Origin: a virus
Lineage: Duplodnaviria; Heunggongvirae; Uroviricota; Caudoviricetes
Virus record (IMG/VR): IMGVR_UViG_3300028833_000055
Coordinates: 32,001-96,000 of that record
DNA: 64,000 nucleotides
Reading direction: 5' to 3' (one strand)
The notes beneath the pieces are model-generated. The model had not been told where the DNA came from, did not search any database, and saw only the letters and a program-made list of their open reading frames with translations. Both the position numbers and the translations under genes were made by a program. Shown piece after piece: positions 55,111 through 63,617 of this stretch; within the stretch, counting starts at the first letter, position 1, and each line of letters begins with the position of its first letter.

Positions 55111-56988
55111 TTATTTTAATAATTTTTCTTTTCTTTTTTCACTATCTTTACCAAACCACACTTCTAGTTCATCTATTGCAGCATCATCAAGTTCATAATA
55201 GTAAATATTAGGATTTTGTATAAGTTCTTTATAATCAAAATCTTCTAAACTACTCAAACCCTTGTAATATTCAATATCCCACTTCGACGGGTCGTTTTTC
55301 TCACACCATTCGTCAAAGTCACTCTTACAGTAGAACTTCTCCGATTTTCTTCCCTGTCTTGCTATCAAGACGGGTGTCTCGATTCTTGCAATCCTGTGTT
55401 CCTTGATGAGTTCCGGCCAGTAGTAGGCGAAGATGTTCAAGAGAAGCCCGGCGATATCCGCCCCGTCCGTATCGGCATCGGTCAATATATGCACCTCGTT
55501 TATACGGAGACTGTCATTGAACACTTTGGTACCACGATATATAAACGGACTTCTACCGAACTGCAAACCCATAGCCGCCATAATCCCCTTCAATTCCTCG
55601 TTTGCACGAACTTTATCCTTGGATGATACTCTGACGTTCAATATCTTTCCCCTGATAGGGAACAATGCCTGTGTGTTCGGGTCTCTAAACTTACGGAAAC
55701 CTGCGGCGGCGGAATCACCCTCCGTGATGGAAAGTGATGTCTTGCTCTTCTTCAGGGTACCCGCCCATCTGCAATCAACAAGTTTCTCAACTTTCACTTT
55801 GGTAATCGCCTTGTTGGCTTCCCTCTCCGCCTTGCTTTCATCGGCGACTTTCTTTTTGTCGAGCCAGTCGGTGATTGAGTTGGTTATCTCGCTCTTGTAA
55901 ATCTGTGAAAGGAACTTTTCCGGAAGTTCAATGTTCGTACCGAAGTTCTTGACATCGGAAATCAGTTTCTCCTTTGTCTGTGATGAAAAACTCGGCCTGA
56001 TAATCGTAGAGTTCACGAAAAGGAAAATATGGTTTCTTATCTGACCAGATAGAATATCCGTCTTGTATTTCTTCGATATTTTCTCCCTCATATAAGGGAC
56101 AATCTGGTCCATTATATACCAGATATGTGTGCCACCGTCATATGTATAGACGGAATTGACATAACTAACAAACTGGAAGTTGCCCGTGGAACTCAACGCA
56201 ACACCGACCTGCCAGTTTTCATTCTCCGTATACATCAACGGGTTGTTCTCGTCAAGGTACATATTGCAATAGTCCTTGAACGAGTTTATCATAACTCTTT
56301 TTCCTTGAAAGTATATTGTAAGTTTCGGATTGCATCCAGCGATTTCATAAACCCTCTTCTCCATAATCCTTATGTCATCGTCCGAAATCTCCTTCATACC
56401 GAAGCGTGACAGTTCGGGTTTATATGTTATCCTTGTGAAGTGTTTTGAAGTGGATGTGATTTTCTCCTTTGAGTGTTTCTTCATATTATTTGTCCACTCC
56501 ATTTCGAATTTCTTCTTCCCATCGGCGGTCTCGACAAGAAAGGATGTGGAGAAAATATTCGAGATTTTACTTCCGAGACCATTCACACCAACCCAACTTC
56601 TGTCTTCCTCATCATTATAGTTGGATGAGCTTCTCAAATTTCCAAAAATCATCTGTGGAACATACATCTTCGTATCCTTGTGCATCTCAACGGGAATACC
56701 TCCGTTGTCGAATACGGATATGGTACCTTTTGATTTGTCTATCTCGACCTTTATGGTGTTGAGGGTTGTATTCGGTCTTTTGCTTTCATCCACCGAATTG
56801 GATATGATTTCGTCGAAGAGCTTGTGGAAACCGGGATTATACAATACCTCTTTCAACACAAACTTACCGTCTTCGAGTATATACTGGTTTGACTTTTCCG
56901 AAACTACACTTCCAAGAAACGAAGCGGGTCTCAGAAGGGTATGGTCTATGTCGGAAAGTGTTTTATAAATTTCATTGACATCTTTCAT
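55111..56988 (-). CDS. DNA topoisomerase II ATPase/TOPRIM subunit (T4 gp39+60/GyrB-like)
   Basis: DEIISNSVDE, DNGGIPV, GVNGLGSK, ITEGDSA, PIRGKILNV, TDADTDG, YYKGL. Confidence 0.95.
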   Translation of the reverse strand: MKDVNEIYKTLSDIDHTLLRPASFLGSVVSEKSNQYILEDGKFVLKEVLYNPGFHKLFDEIISNSVDESKRPNTTLNTIKVEIDKSKGTISVFDNGGIPVEMHKDTKMYVPQMIFGNLRSSSNYNDEEDRSWVGVNGLGSKISNIFSTSFLVETADGKKKFEMEWTNNMKKHSKEKITSTSKHFTRITYKPELSRFGMKEISDDDIRIMEKRVYEIAGCNPKLTIYFQGKRVMINSFKDYCNMYLDENNPLMYTENENWQVGVALSSTGNFQFVSYVNSVYTYDGGTHIWYIMDQIVPYMREKISKKYKTDILSGQIRNHIFLFVNSTIIRPSFSSQTKEKLISDVKNFGTNIELPEKFLSQIYKSEITNSITDWLDKKKVADESKAEREANKAITKVKVEKLVDCRWAGTLKKSKTSLSITEGDSAAAGFRKFRDPNTQALFPIRGKILNVRVSSKDKVRANEELKGIMAAMGLQFGRSPFIYRGTKVFNDSLRINEVHILTDADTDGADIAGLLLNIFAYYWPELIKEHRIARIETPVLIARQGRKSEKFYCKSDFDEWCEKNDPSKWDIEYYKGLSSLEDFDYKELIQNPNIYYYELDDAAIDELEVWFGKDSEKRKEKLLK

Positions 56989-56992
56989 AACC

Positions 56993-57006
56993 TAAATATA
57001 ACAAAA
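56993..57006 (-). promoter_or_regulatory. TTTTGTTATATTTA motif (putative middle promoter)
   Basis: 4 nt upstream of the topoisomerase ATG. Confidence 0.6.
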
Positions 57007-57110
57007 AAAAGTTCATTTTTATGGCTCATTTGTAATATCAAAATATAATGTTTAGAAAAAAAAGATGATTTCTTTTTTTGTTATTTTTATACTATAAAAT
57101 ATCTTTAATT

Positions 57111-57818
57111 ATGGAAGTTATACTTGATGAACTTACTCCTAAAGAGTTCTTTTCCAATGGAGGAGTAGTAAAAATCAAACTCGTATCAGAGTTGTTGAAG
57201 AAAAGGTTTAAAGGCAGAAACAAGTTCCTTTTCTATGAATACAAGATGTATTTGCGTTTCCTAAGGGAACTGTATCTTAAATACATAGACATTTATCCGG
57301 ATTTGAAACCGGATGAAGTTTACAAGGAGATTCTAGAATCACTGGAAATATCCTGTTCAATCGGAACGAAGGAATATACAATAGACCCGAATTTCGACAA
57401 GGTTCATTCACTTGAATTTTGCAATTTCTATTACTGTTACGATAATCTTCCGTCAAGAAAAAACGAAGAGAAGATTGACATATACGGAATGGAGAATGTC
57501 AATTTCTCTCTGGTGAACATAGACGATAGCAGATGGGAGAAGTTCAAGGAACAAAGGATGAGCAGGGGTTTTGACGATTCGGAACTCTGGAATCTGTTTG
57601 AAACATTTGCTATGTTCATCCTTCCCAGACTCAAGGTGTTCAGGGATAAACATTTCAGTACCCCCGCCAATATGAGCAAGGAGGAGTGGAACGGGATACT
57701 CGACGGTATGATTACCGCCTTTGAACTCATAACAAGTGAATATTCCGATAATGAAGACGAAAGGATAGATTTGGGGTTGAAACTTTTTTCGAAATATTTT
57801 TTAAACTTATGGGACTAA
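57111..57818 (+). CDS. hypothetical phage protein
   Basis: Start at MEVIL after TTTTGTTATTTTTA (57076-57089). Confidence 0.7.
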   Translation: MEVILDELTPKEFFSNGGVVKIKLVSELLKKRFKGRNKFLFYEYKMYLRFLRELYLKYIDIYPDLKPDEVYKEILESLEISCSIGTKEYTIDPNFDKVHSLEFCNFYYCYDNLPSRKNEEKIDIYGMENVNFSLVNIDDSRWEKFKEQRMSRGFDDSELWNLFETFAMFILPRLKVFRDKHFSTPANMSKEEWNGILDGMITAFELITSEYSDNEDERIDLGLKLFSKYFLNLWD

Positions 57819-57819
57819 T

Positions 57820-58497
57820 ATGAACAAGATAACATTTATATCGGATACACATACAAGAAACGGCTGTTTGAAGGATTTACCCGGAGGTGATATCATCATC
57901 TTTTCCGGTGACTGTATGAGTTCGGGGTACAAGGTGAAGGAACTGTCGGAATTTTCAAAATGGTTCTCCAAACAGAACTACACATACAAGGTCTGTATCG
58001 CCGGAAACCACGACAGATACTGTGAAAATACCTCGAAGGATTTCGTCAAGGAGATGTTCTTCGACGAGAATGGTATAATCTACCTCCAAGACGAACTCGT
58101 TGAAATCAACGGACTGAAGATATACGGTACGCCATACCAGCCATATTTCTGCAACTGGGCGTTCAATGTCAATGACAGCGACAAGCTCAAAAGCATATAC
58201 AAGATGATACCGGACGGTGTGGACATACTCGTCACACATTGTCCACCATACGGAATACTCGACAAAAGTCATATTCCGAGACCTTGGTCTGGACGGACCG
58301 GTGAGGAACCACTTGGAAGCAAGGAACTCCTCGAAACCATAAATGAAATGGAAAACAAACCGAAGGTATGTGTATTCGGACATATACACGGGGACGGAGG
58401 CAAAATGATAGAAATTGATGGTGTCAAATATATAAACGCATCCGTCTGTGACGAGGACTATGAACCGGTCAACGGTATAATTTCAATAGAGATATAA
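57820..58497 (+). CDS. calcineurin-like metallophosphoesterase
   Basis: SDTH, GD, AGNHD, THCPP, FGHIH. Confidence 0.9.
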   Translation: MNKITFISDTHTRNGCLKDLPGGDIIIFSGDCMSSGYKVKELSEFSKWFSKQNYTYKVCIAGNHDRYCENTSKDFVKEMFFDENGIIYLQDELVEINGLKIYGTPYQPYFCNWAFNVNDSDKLKSIYKMIPDGVDILVTHCPPYGILDKSHIPRPWSGRTGEEPLGSKELLETINEMENKPKVCVFGHIHGDGGKMIEIDGVKYINASVCDEDYEPVNGIISIEI

Positions 58498-58500
58498 AAG

Positions 58501-58528
58501 AAAAGGTGAGGATTTCCTCACCTTTTTT
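58501..58528. terminator. bidirectional intrinsic terminator
   Basis: AAAAGGTGAGGA-TT-TCCTCACCTTTTTT. Confidence 0.8.
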
Positions 58529-59549
58529 ATTCCGTTATCATCTCCTTGACTTTCTTATAGCTGAATTTTACTTTTGCACCATTTTCTGCATAAATCTTGA
58601 ACATATTTGTTAGAATCTCTTCAAACTTCTCTTTTCCGAACAGTTTTTCGAAACCTTCAATATTTTTTCTCAACTTCTTTATATTTTCAGAATCTAACAC
58701 TTGCGGGTCGTCGTCTCCGAACAATAATGCCGGTTGATATCGCTGACCTATATGACCGAGTGATATGACACAGTTTCCATTCTCGAAATGAAGATTCGTT
58801 TCCAGCATATAGAGATTGTCTTCATCGTTCCAGAAGGTTGACCTCATAATCGGACGGCTCACATCGTTGAATCTGTCGTTACCGTTGAATGTATCACCGA
58901 CTTTGAGTACAAATTCCGTTAATATTACGAGATTTTTCTCCTCCTTTCCATATTTATCCATTTCCTTATAAATGGACTTCATATCCACTCCACTTCTTAT
59001 AATTGCATCTATGGTATTTTTTCTGGATTTCTCGGAATCTTTATCTGTTTTCCTAATAACTCTTTCCACTTTCAATACATATTCGGCAAACGAGGCGAAA
59101 TCAACTTTATCCTTGTTCTTCGTCTTCTTATAGTGGTCGAGAATTTCTTCGATGGCGGTTATTGCTTTTTTTTCACTTTCACTCTCTTCCTCATATACCT
59201 CACGGTCGTAACCGTATTTTTTTACTTTATTACCGTTATATTTCAGCATCTCCTTGTAAGTCTCTATCGCCTTATCCATATCCAGCTCGCCGAGTAATTC
59301 CTTGTCTGTAAGTATGTCGTCACGCTGTGCGTAGCTTGTACCACGTTTTTGTTTACTTTTTCTTGACAGATTGTCTATCGTTGACTCGCTTGCGTTGGCA
59401 TAGAGGATGTACAGCAGTGCAAATTCCAGATGACTGTACTGACCCAACCCTTTTGTAATTTTTTTAAGCGACTGGTTTACGTCTTCAAGTTTCCTGGATG
59501 AAGTCTCCAGAATAAATTGTTCAAAAAGTTTAATCTTTTCCATATTCAT
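58527..59549 (-). CDS. putative internal head protein (leader IKLFEQFILE)
   Basis: CTS-like leader; late promoter. Confidence 0.65.
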   Translation of the reverse strand: MNMEKIKLFEQFILETSSRKLEDVNQSLKKITKGLGQYSHLEFALLYILYANASESTIDNLSRKSKQKRGTSYAQRDDILTDKELLGELDMDKAIETYKEMLKYNGNKVKKYGYDREVYEEESESEKKAITAIEEILDHYKKTKNKDKVDFASFAEYVLKVERVIRKTDKDSEKSRKNTIDAIIRSGVDMKSIYKEMDKYGKEEKNLVILTEFVLKVGDTFNGNDRFNDVSRPIMRSTFWNDEDNLYMLETNLHFENGNCVISLGHIGQRYQPALLFGDDDPQVLDSENIKKLRKNIEGFEKLFGKEKFEEILTNMFKIYAENGAKVKFSYKKVKEMITE

Positions 59550-59564
59550 TTTTTTATCATATTA

Positions 59565-59581
59565 TATTTATGTCATAAATA
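59565..59581. promoter_or_regulatory. palindromic back-to-back late promoters TATTTATG-T-CATAAATA
   Basis: Perfect 8-bp inverted repeat with a 1-nt spacer. Confidence 0.65.
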
Positions 59582-59605
59582 ATATATAAATACAACTAAA
59601 GAAGA

Positions 59606-61315
59606 ATGGCCATTTATAATTTCGGCTCCGGTGGTTTTAACGGTATGTATCCGTATAATACGGGTGTGTACAATTATAACAATGGAACATATTCATATTC
59701 CAACGGTGCTTTGTCATCAAGCACAACGTTTGTGAATGGTATTCCATATACACAGAATATAATGATGCTCAACGGCACCGGAGCCGGTTGCGGTGACTCA
59801 CCGTGCCCGCAGGGATACTCATTGTACTTCCCTTGTCTGAAAAACATAACGAGGGGCGAAGATGTCTGCTTCGAGTTCTATGTCGTGAACAACGAGACGA
59901 GGGATGTGGTGGATTTGAGAACCGTGGAAGCCCTCACGATAACTTTGACTGGAAATTTCGGCTGTGTTCTCGGAACATATATGTATCCAAGTGATGACGG
60001 ATATATAAGACCGCTTCAATCACAGGAATACAAGCACCTTATAGATGAGAATTTTACAGAAAGACCTTTCCGTTATCTTTCCGTGACACTTGTTGACGAA
60101 AATCTAGACGAGATTTCCGAGAAGGGTGTGGACGGAAAGATTGGAAAATACTTTGACGGCGATACTGTGGAACTCAACGCCTATGACACTTCATCGTATA
60201 TTTTCGTAGGATGGATTGACATAGATGCAGACTATGACGAGGAGTGTGACGACTTTTATCTGTCAACCGACCGTAGATTTACTTTCGAAATAAAACGGGA
60301 TATAAACATAGCCGCAGTTTACAGGAAAAGAAAGAAATTCAAGATTTCCCTATATCAGGGAAACTCCACATTCAGTTATTTAAAGAACGGCGAGGAGAAA
60401 CCTCTGTATGACGGATATAATGTGGAGGAAGGAAAACATATCATAGTAAGGGCGATACCGTACAATGAGATGTTCTTGAACTGGGATGCAAGTGATTTTG
60501 GAGAATCCACACATTCGGAAACTGAAAACATAATATTGAAAATAGAAATGTTGTCCGATGTATTCTTGAAGATAAACGGAATTCCTTTGAATGATATTGG
60601 TGAAAGTGATGAACCGGACCTTTATGATTTGAACTTCATTGAATTTTCGTTCAAGGAACTTATGCGTAACTTGAATATAGAGGAGGATGATGATGTCTTT
60701 GAAGACCACGAACTTGTCGAAAACGACCCGAACTACGAGATAACCTTCTTTGAGAACACGGACATTTCAAGTGTGTTCGATGAATGTAAACCTACGGACT
60801 ACGACAAGTTGTACTGTTATTATTCCGGCGGTAACTGCATATTGAGGTTCGGTGACAACGAAGACAACGGATTTGTTGAATTTTCAAATCCTGGCATAGA
60901 GACCGAAACAATATTGGAAGTATATTGTATGAAATATGGAGATGACAACAGTTCAATTTCCGTATCACTGGACGGTCTGGAATCACAGGTGCAGGAAATA
61001 GAGACGGAAGGTTTCAACAAACTTATCTTTGATTTCGAAAAAATTGACTTCAACAAGATAAAAATATCGTCATTGGGGGATATCTTTCCGGAGGAAAAAC
61101 CAGGTCAATGTTTCGTAGACAGATTTACCTTGTCCGATATGATTTTCATCGACAAGGGTAAGGCGGCGTTATGTCTGCCGGGTTCGGAGACGGCCAAATT
61201 CTACAGAGGTAAGATTACGGCGACCGGAGCGATAAGGATAAACGGTGCAAATCACGGACTTCCATGTGCGATGGTTGGAAATGTTATAAATATTCCGATA
61301 ATAAATATAATATAA
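59606..61315 (+). CDS. virion structural protein with InlB B-repeat-like domain(s)
   Basis: GKYFDGDTVELNAY....YIFVGW...FTFEI...INIAAVY; G/Y/N-rich N-terminus. Confidence 0.6.
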   Translation: MAIYNFGSGGFNGMYPYNTGVYNYNNGTYSYSNGALSSSTTFVNGIPYTQNIMMLNGTGAGCGDSPCPQGYSLYFPCLKNITRGEDVCFEFYVVNNETRDVVDLRTVEALTITLTGNFGCVLGTYMYPSDDGYIRPLQSQEYKHLIDENFTERPFRYLSVTLVDENLDEISEKGVDGKIGKYFDGDTVELNAYDTSSYIFVGWIDIDADYDEECDDFYLSTDRRFTFEIKRDINIAAVYRKRKKFKISLYQGNSTFSYLKNGEEKPLYDGYNVEEGKHIIVRAIPYNEMFLNWDASDFGESTHSETENIILKIEMLSDVFLKINGIPLNDIGESDEPDLYDLNFIEFSFKELMRNLNIEEDDDVFEDHELVENDPNYEITFFENTDISSVFDECKPTDYDKLYCYYSGGNCILRFGDNEDNGFVEFSNPGIETETILEVYCMKYGDDNSSISVSLDGLESQVQEIETEGFNKLIFDFEKIDFNKIKISSLGDIFPEEKPGQCFVDRFTLSDMIFIDKGKAALCLPGSETAKFYRGKITATGAIRINGANHGLPCAMVGNVINIPIINII

Positions 61316-61327
61316 TAAAGATAAATT

Positions 61328-62806
61328 ATGAAAAATATATTAAGTTTTGACGATTTTATTTTGAAAGAATCGGTTCAACTGAATGAAGGACTTCTGCAAA
61401 ATCTTTTCGGAGCTTTACTCGGACGTGATATGTGGAGTATTATAAAAGGTGAAAAAGTCATAAAGGATGAGTTCAAGAAGATTGACGATAAATTGAGCGG
61501 ATTTTATCTGACAAAGATAAAGAATCCGAATGCTTCACAAGATGTACGCCAGACTCTTGTCGACTGGGCTGATGAGATATATAAGGCCAAGAAAAAATTA
61601 AAGGAAGAAACGGATAAAGCTAAGGAAGGTGACGATAAAGAAAAGGACAATAAAGAAGATGGAAACAATATTCTTCCGGTATTGATTGGTTCGTTTAAAT
61701 TTGAAGGCAAGACAGAAGAGGAAATAAAAAAAGAAATAGAAAATAACGAAGAACTTAAAAAATTGTCGGAGGATACCAAAGGGAAAATTCTATATGCTTG
61801 GAAAAAGGTTCAAGACGACAAGGAACTTTCAAAGAAATTCGATGAACTCAAGTCCGAAGTTAAAAAAATAGATGAGAAATATCAGAAAACCCTCGATGAT
61901 GTAACTGGCAGTTCCGCCGACTTAAAGAGATGGGCGAATATTTTGAAGGACAGAATGAATGACATTATCGACAAGATTCTTTGCGGTAAATACGGTGAAG
62001 ACAGTGAACTCGCAAAAGACCTTGAAAAGATACAAGATAAGAAGGATAAAAATTTGGAAAAAAAGAACAAAGATGAGTTAAAAGACGAAAACGACCAGTT
62101 GAAGAAAATCAACGACGAAAGAAACTCCGTTTTGAAAAAATGTGGTGTCGATATAGTCGCTGACAATGTAAATGCAGAGGATGTCCTTAAATCTGTGATG
62201 GACGAGATAACAAAAAACAAAATAATCGAAGAAAGTATTCTTCTTGAAAAGAAAATTTCCATAGAAGACTATTCAAAGACAAAACTTCCAAAACTCATAG
62301 GACTTAATGTCGAAAATGACAAAAACGGTGAGAGTAAAAACTACGATTCTCTCAACAAAACTTTGAAGACTTTGAGTAATGTTGTTCTGAAAACCGTTAA
62401 AGAAAAATTCAAGACGTTTGATTCATTGAGTGGTGTGAATTTTCAAGCGATGCTCACCGCTTATGCAAATCTTCTTTATGCTTGTTATTCAGAAAAAACG
62501 GATATGATTACTGATGATATGGTCACTTTGATGGCGAGATGTGCCATATACAACAACACCGTGATTGGTTTCGGTCTTCCTTGTCCGGATGAGGATTTGA
62601 AAAAGAAAGACGATGAAAAGGTTTCTATGTTCGGATTCTACACGAACCAACTTCTTGAATATATAAAGAAACAGAAAAAAGGAGGACAACCGATTTTCAA
62701 GAAAATCTACGATGATGTCATGAAGAAAGCGAAATCACTCATAGATGAAAACAACAAAGAGGATGAACAGAAACTGAAAGAAGAAGAAAAGGAAAACAAA
62801 AAATAA
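61328..62806 (+). CDS. putative internal head protein (leader MKNILSFDDFILKESVQLNEG)
   Basis: CTS-like leader with LNE/ILKE cleavage-like sites; K/E-rich helical. Confidence 0.65.
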   Translation: MKNILSFDDFILKESVQLNEGLLQNLFGALLGRDMWSIIKGEKVIKDEFKKIDDKLSGFYLTKIKNPNASQDVRQTLVDWADEIYKAKKKLKEETDKAKEGDDKEKDNKEDGNNILPVLIGSFKFEGKTEEEIKKEIENNEELKKLSEDTKGKILYAWKKVQDDKELSKKFDELKSEVKKIDEKYQKTLDDVTGSSADLKRWANILKDRMNDIIDKILCGKYGEDSELAKDLEKIQDKKDKNLEKKNKDELKDENDQLKKINDERNSVLKKCGVDIVADNVNAEDVLKSVMDEITKNKIIEESILLEKKISIEDYSKTKLPKLIGLNVENDKNGESKNYDSLNKTLKTLSNVVLKTVKEKFKTFDSLSGVNFQAMLTAYANLLYACYSEKTDMITDDMVTLMARCAIYNNTVIGFGLPCPDEDLKKKDDEKVSMFGFYTNQLLEYIKKQKKGGQPIFKKIYDDVMKKAKSLIDENNKEDEQKLKEEEKENKK

Positions 62807-62821
62807 CTCTCATTTGATGTC

Positions 62822-62858
62822 AAAAAAAAAAGGTTCCGAAATTCGGAACCTTTTTTTT
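62822..62858. terminator. bidirectional intrinsic terminator
   Basis: A-run-GGTTCCGAA/TTCGGAACC-T-run between convergent genes. Confidence 0.8.
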
Positions 62859-62869
62859 GATTGAGTCTC

Positions 62870-63472
62870 TTACATCGGAATTGCCGGACCCATCTGTGGT
62901 GCCGGAAGACCGATTGTCTCTTCTGCCCAGTAGTCACAGTTGAATGTGATTTGAAGTTCGTTTGCTTCATTGACGGAATCATAGTTCCTGTCACCCATAC
63001 CGGTTATCTGACCCGTCGGGAAGATGTCATAGCAGGTAATTTTTCTCCAAACGGAACCGTCACGGTTGTATTCAACTATAATCATAGTTCCACAGTAGAT
63101 TACCTTCAAACCCTGTGAACCCGTTGCCGGATTGTAAATCAAGTTTGTCCAGTTACGGAGAGCTGTGTAGATGTAGTTCTCGTTGGCGTTGTTCAAGTTC
63201 AATGAGAATGTTATACCGAGTTCCAAGTGTGTCTGGTCTGGACCACCGGCATAACTTCTTTCAGCAAATTTGAACTTTTGTCTTGCAACACCTACCGCCG
63301 GATTCAGACCGTCAAGACCCGAAATGCTACGGACATGCTCAAGAAGAAGAGCCGAATTGGCTGTCACTTGCTGCTCCAAAGGAGATAAAATCGTAACCTC
63401 GAACAACGAGGGGTTTACAACTTCCCATTTATTCGTGGCAGCATGTGAGTTTCTATAATGCGATAAAGACAT
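62870..63472 (-). CDS. tail tube protein (T4 gp19-like)
   Basis: P.LFEV, W..LIYNPATG, YNRDG, IFPT, ITFNCDYW; adjacent to the sheath gene. Confidence 0.8.
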   Translation of the reverse strand: MSLSHYRNSHAATNKWEVVNPSLFEVTILSPLEQQVTANSALLLEHVRSISGLDGLNPAVGVARQKFKFAERSYAGGPDQTHLELGITFSLNLNNANENYIYTALRNWTNLIYNPATGSQGLKVIYCGTMIIVEYNRDGSVWRKITCYDIFPTGQITGMGDRNYDSVNEANELQITFNCDYWAEETIGLPAPQMGPAIPM

Positions 63473-63521
63473 ATTATATAAAGTTATTTTATATGTTGTG
63501 AGGAGAAACTATCCCTCACTT

Positions 63522-63589
63522 TATTTATGTTTATCCTTTTGTGGTTTGTTTCGGACCACAAAAACTCCAAAACATTTTTTTCATAAATA
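63522..63589. promoter_or_regulatory. divergent CATAAATA late promoters for tube and sheath
   Basis: TATTTATG at 63522-63529 and CATAAATA at 63582-63589. Confidence 0.6.
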
Positions 63590-63617
63590 ATATATATAAA
63601 AATAAAATGCAATAATT

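Noticed and set aside
63473-63617. tRNA or structured ncRNA in the tube-sheath gap
   Set aside because: Only two short hairpins; no cloverleaf or recognisable family. No tRNA was recognised anywhere in the window.
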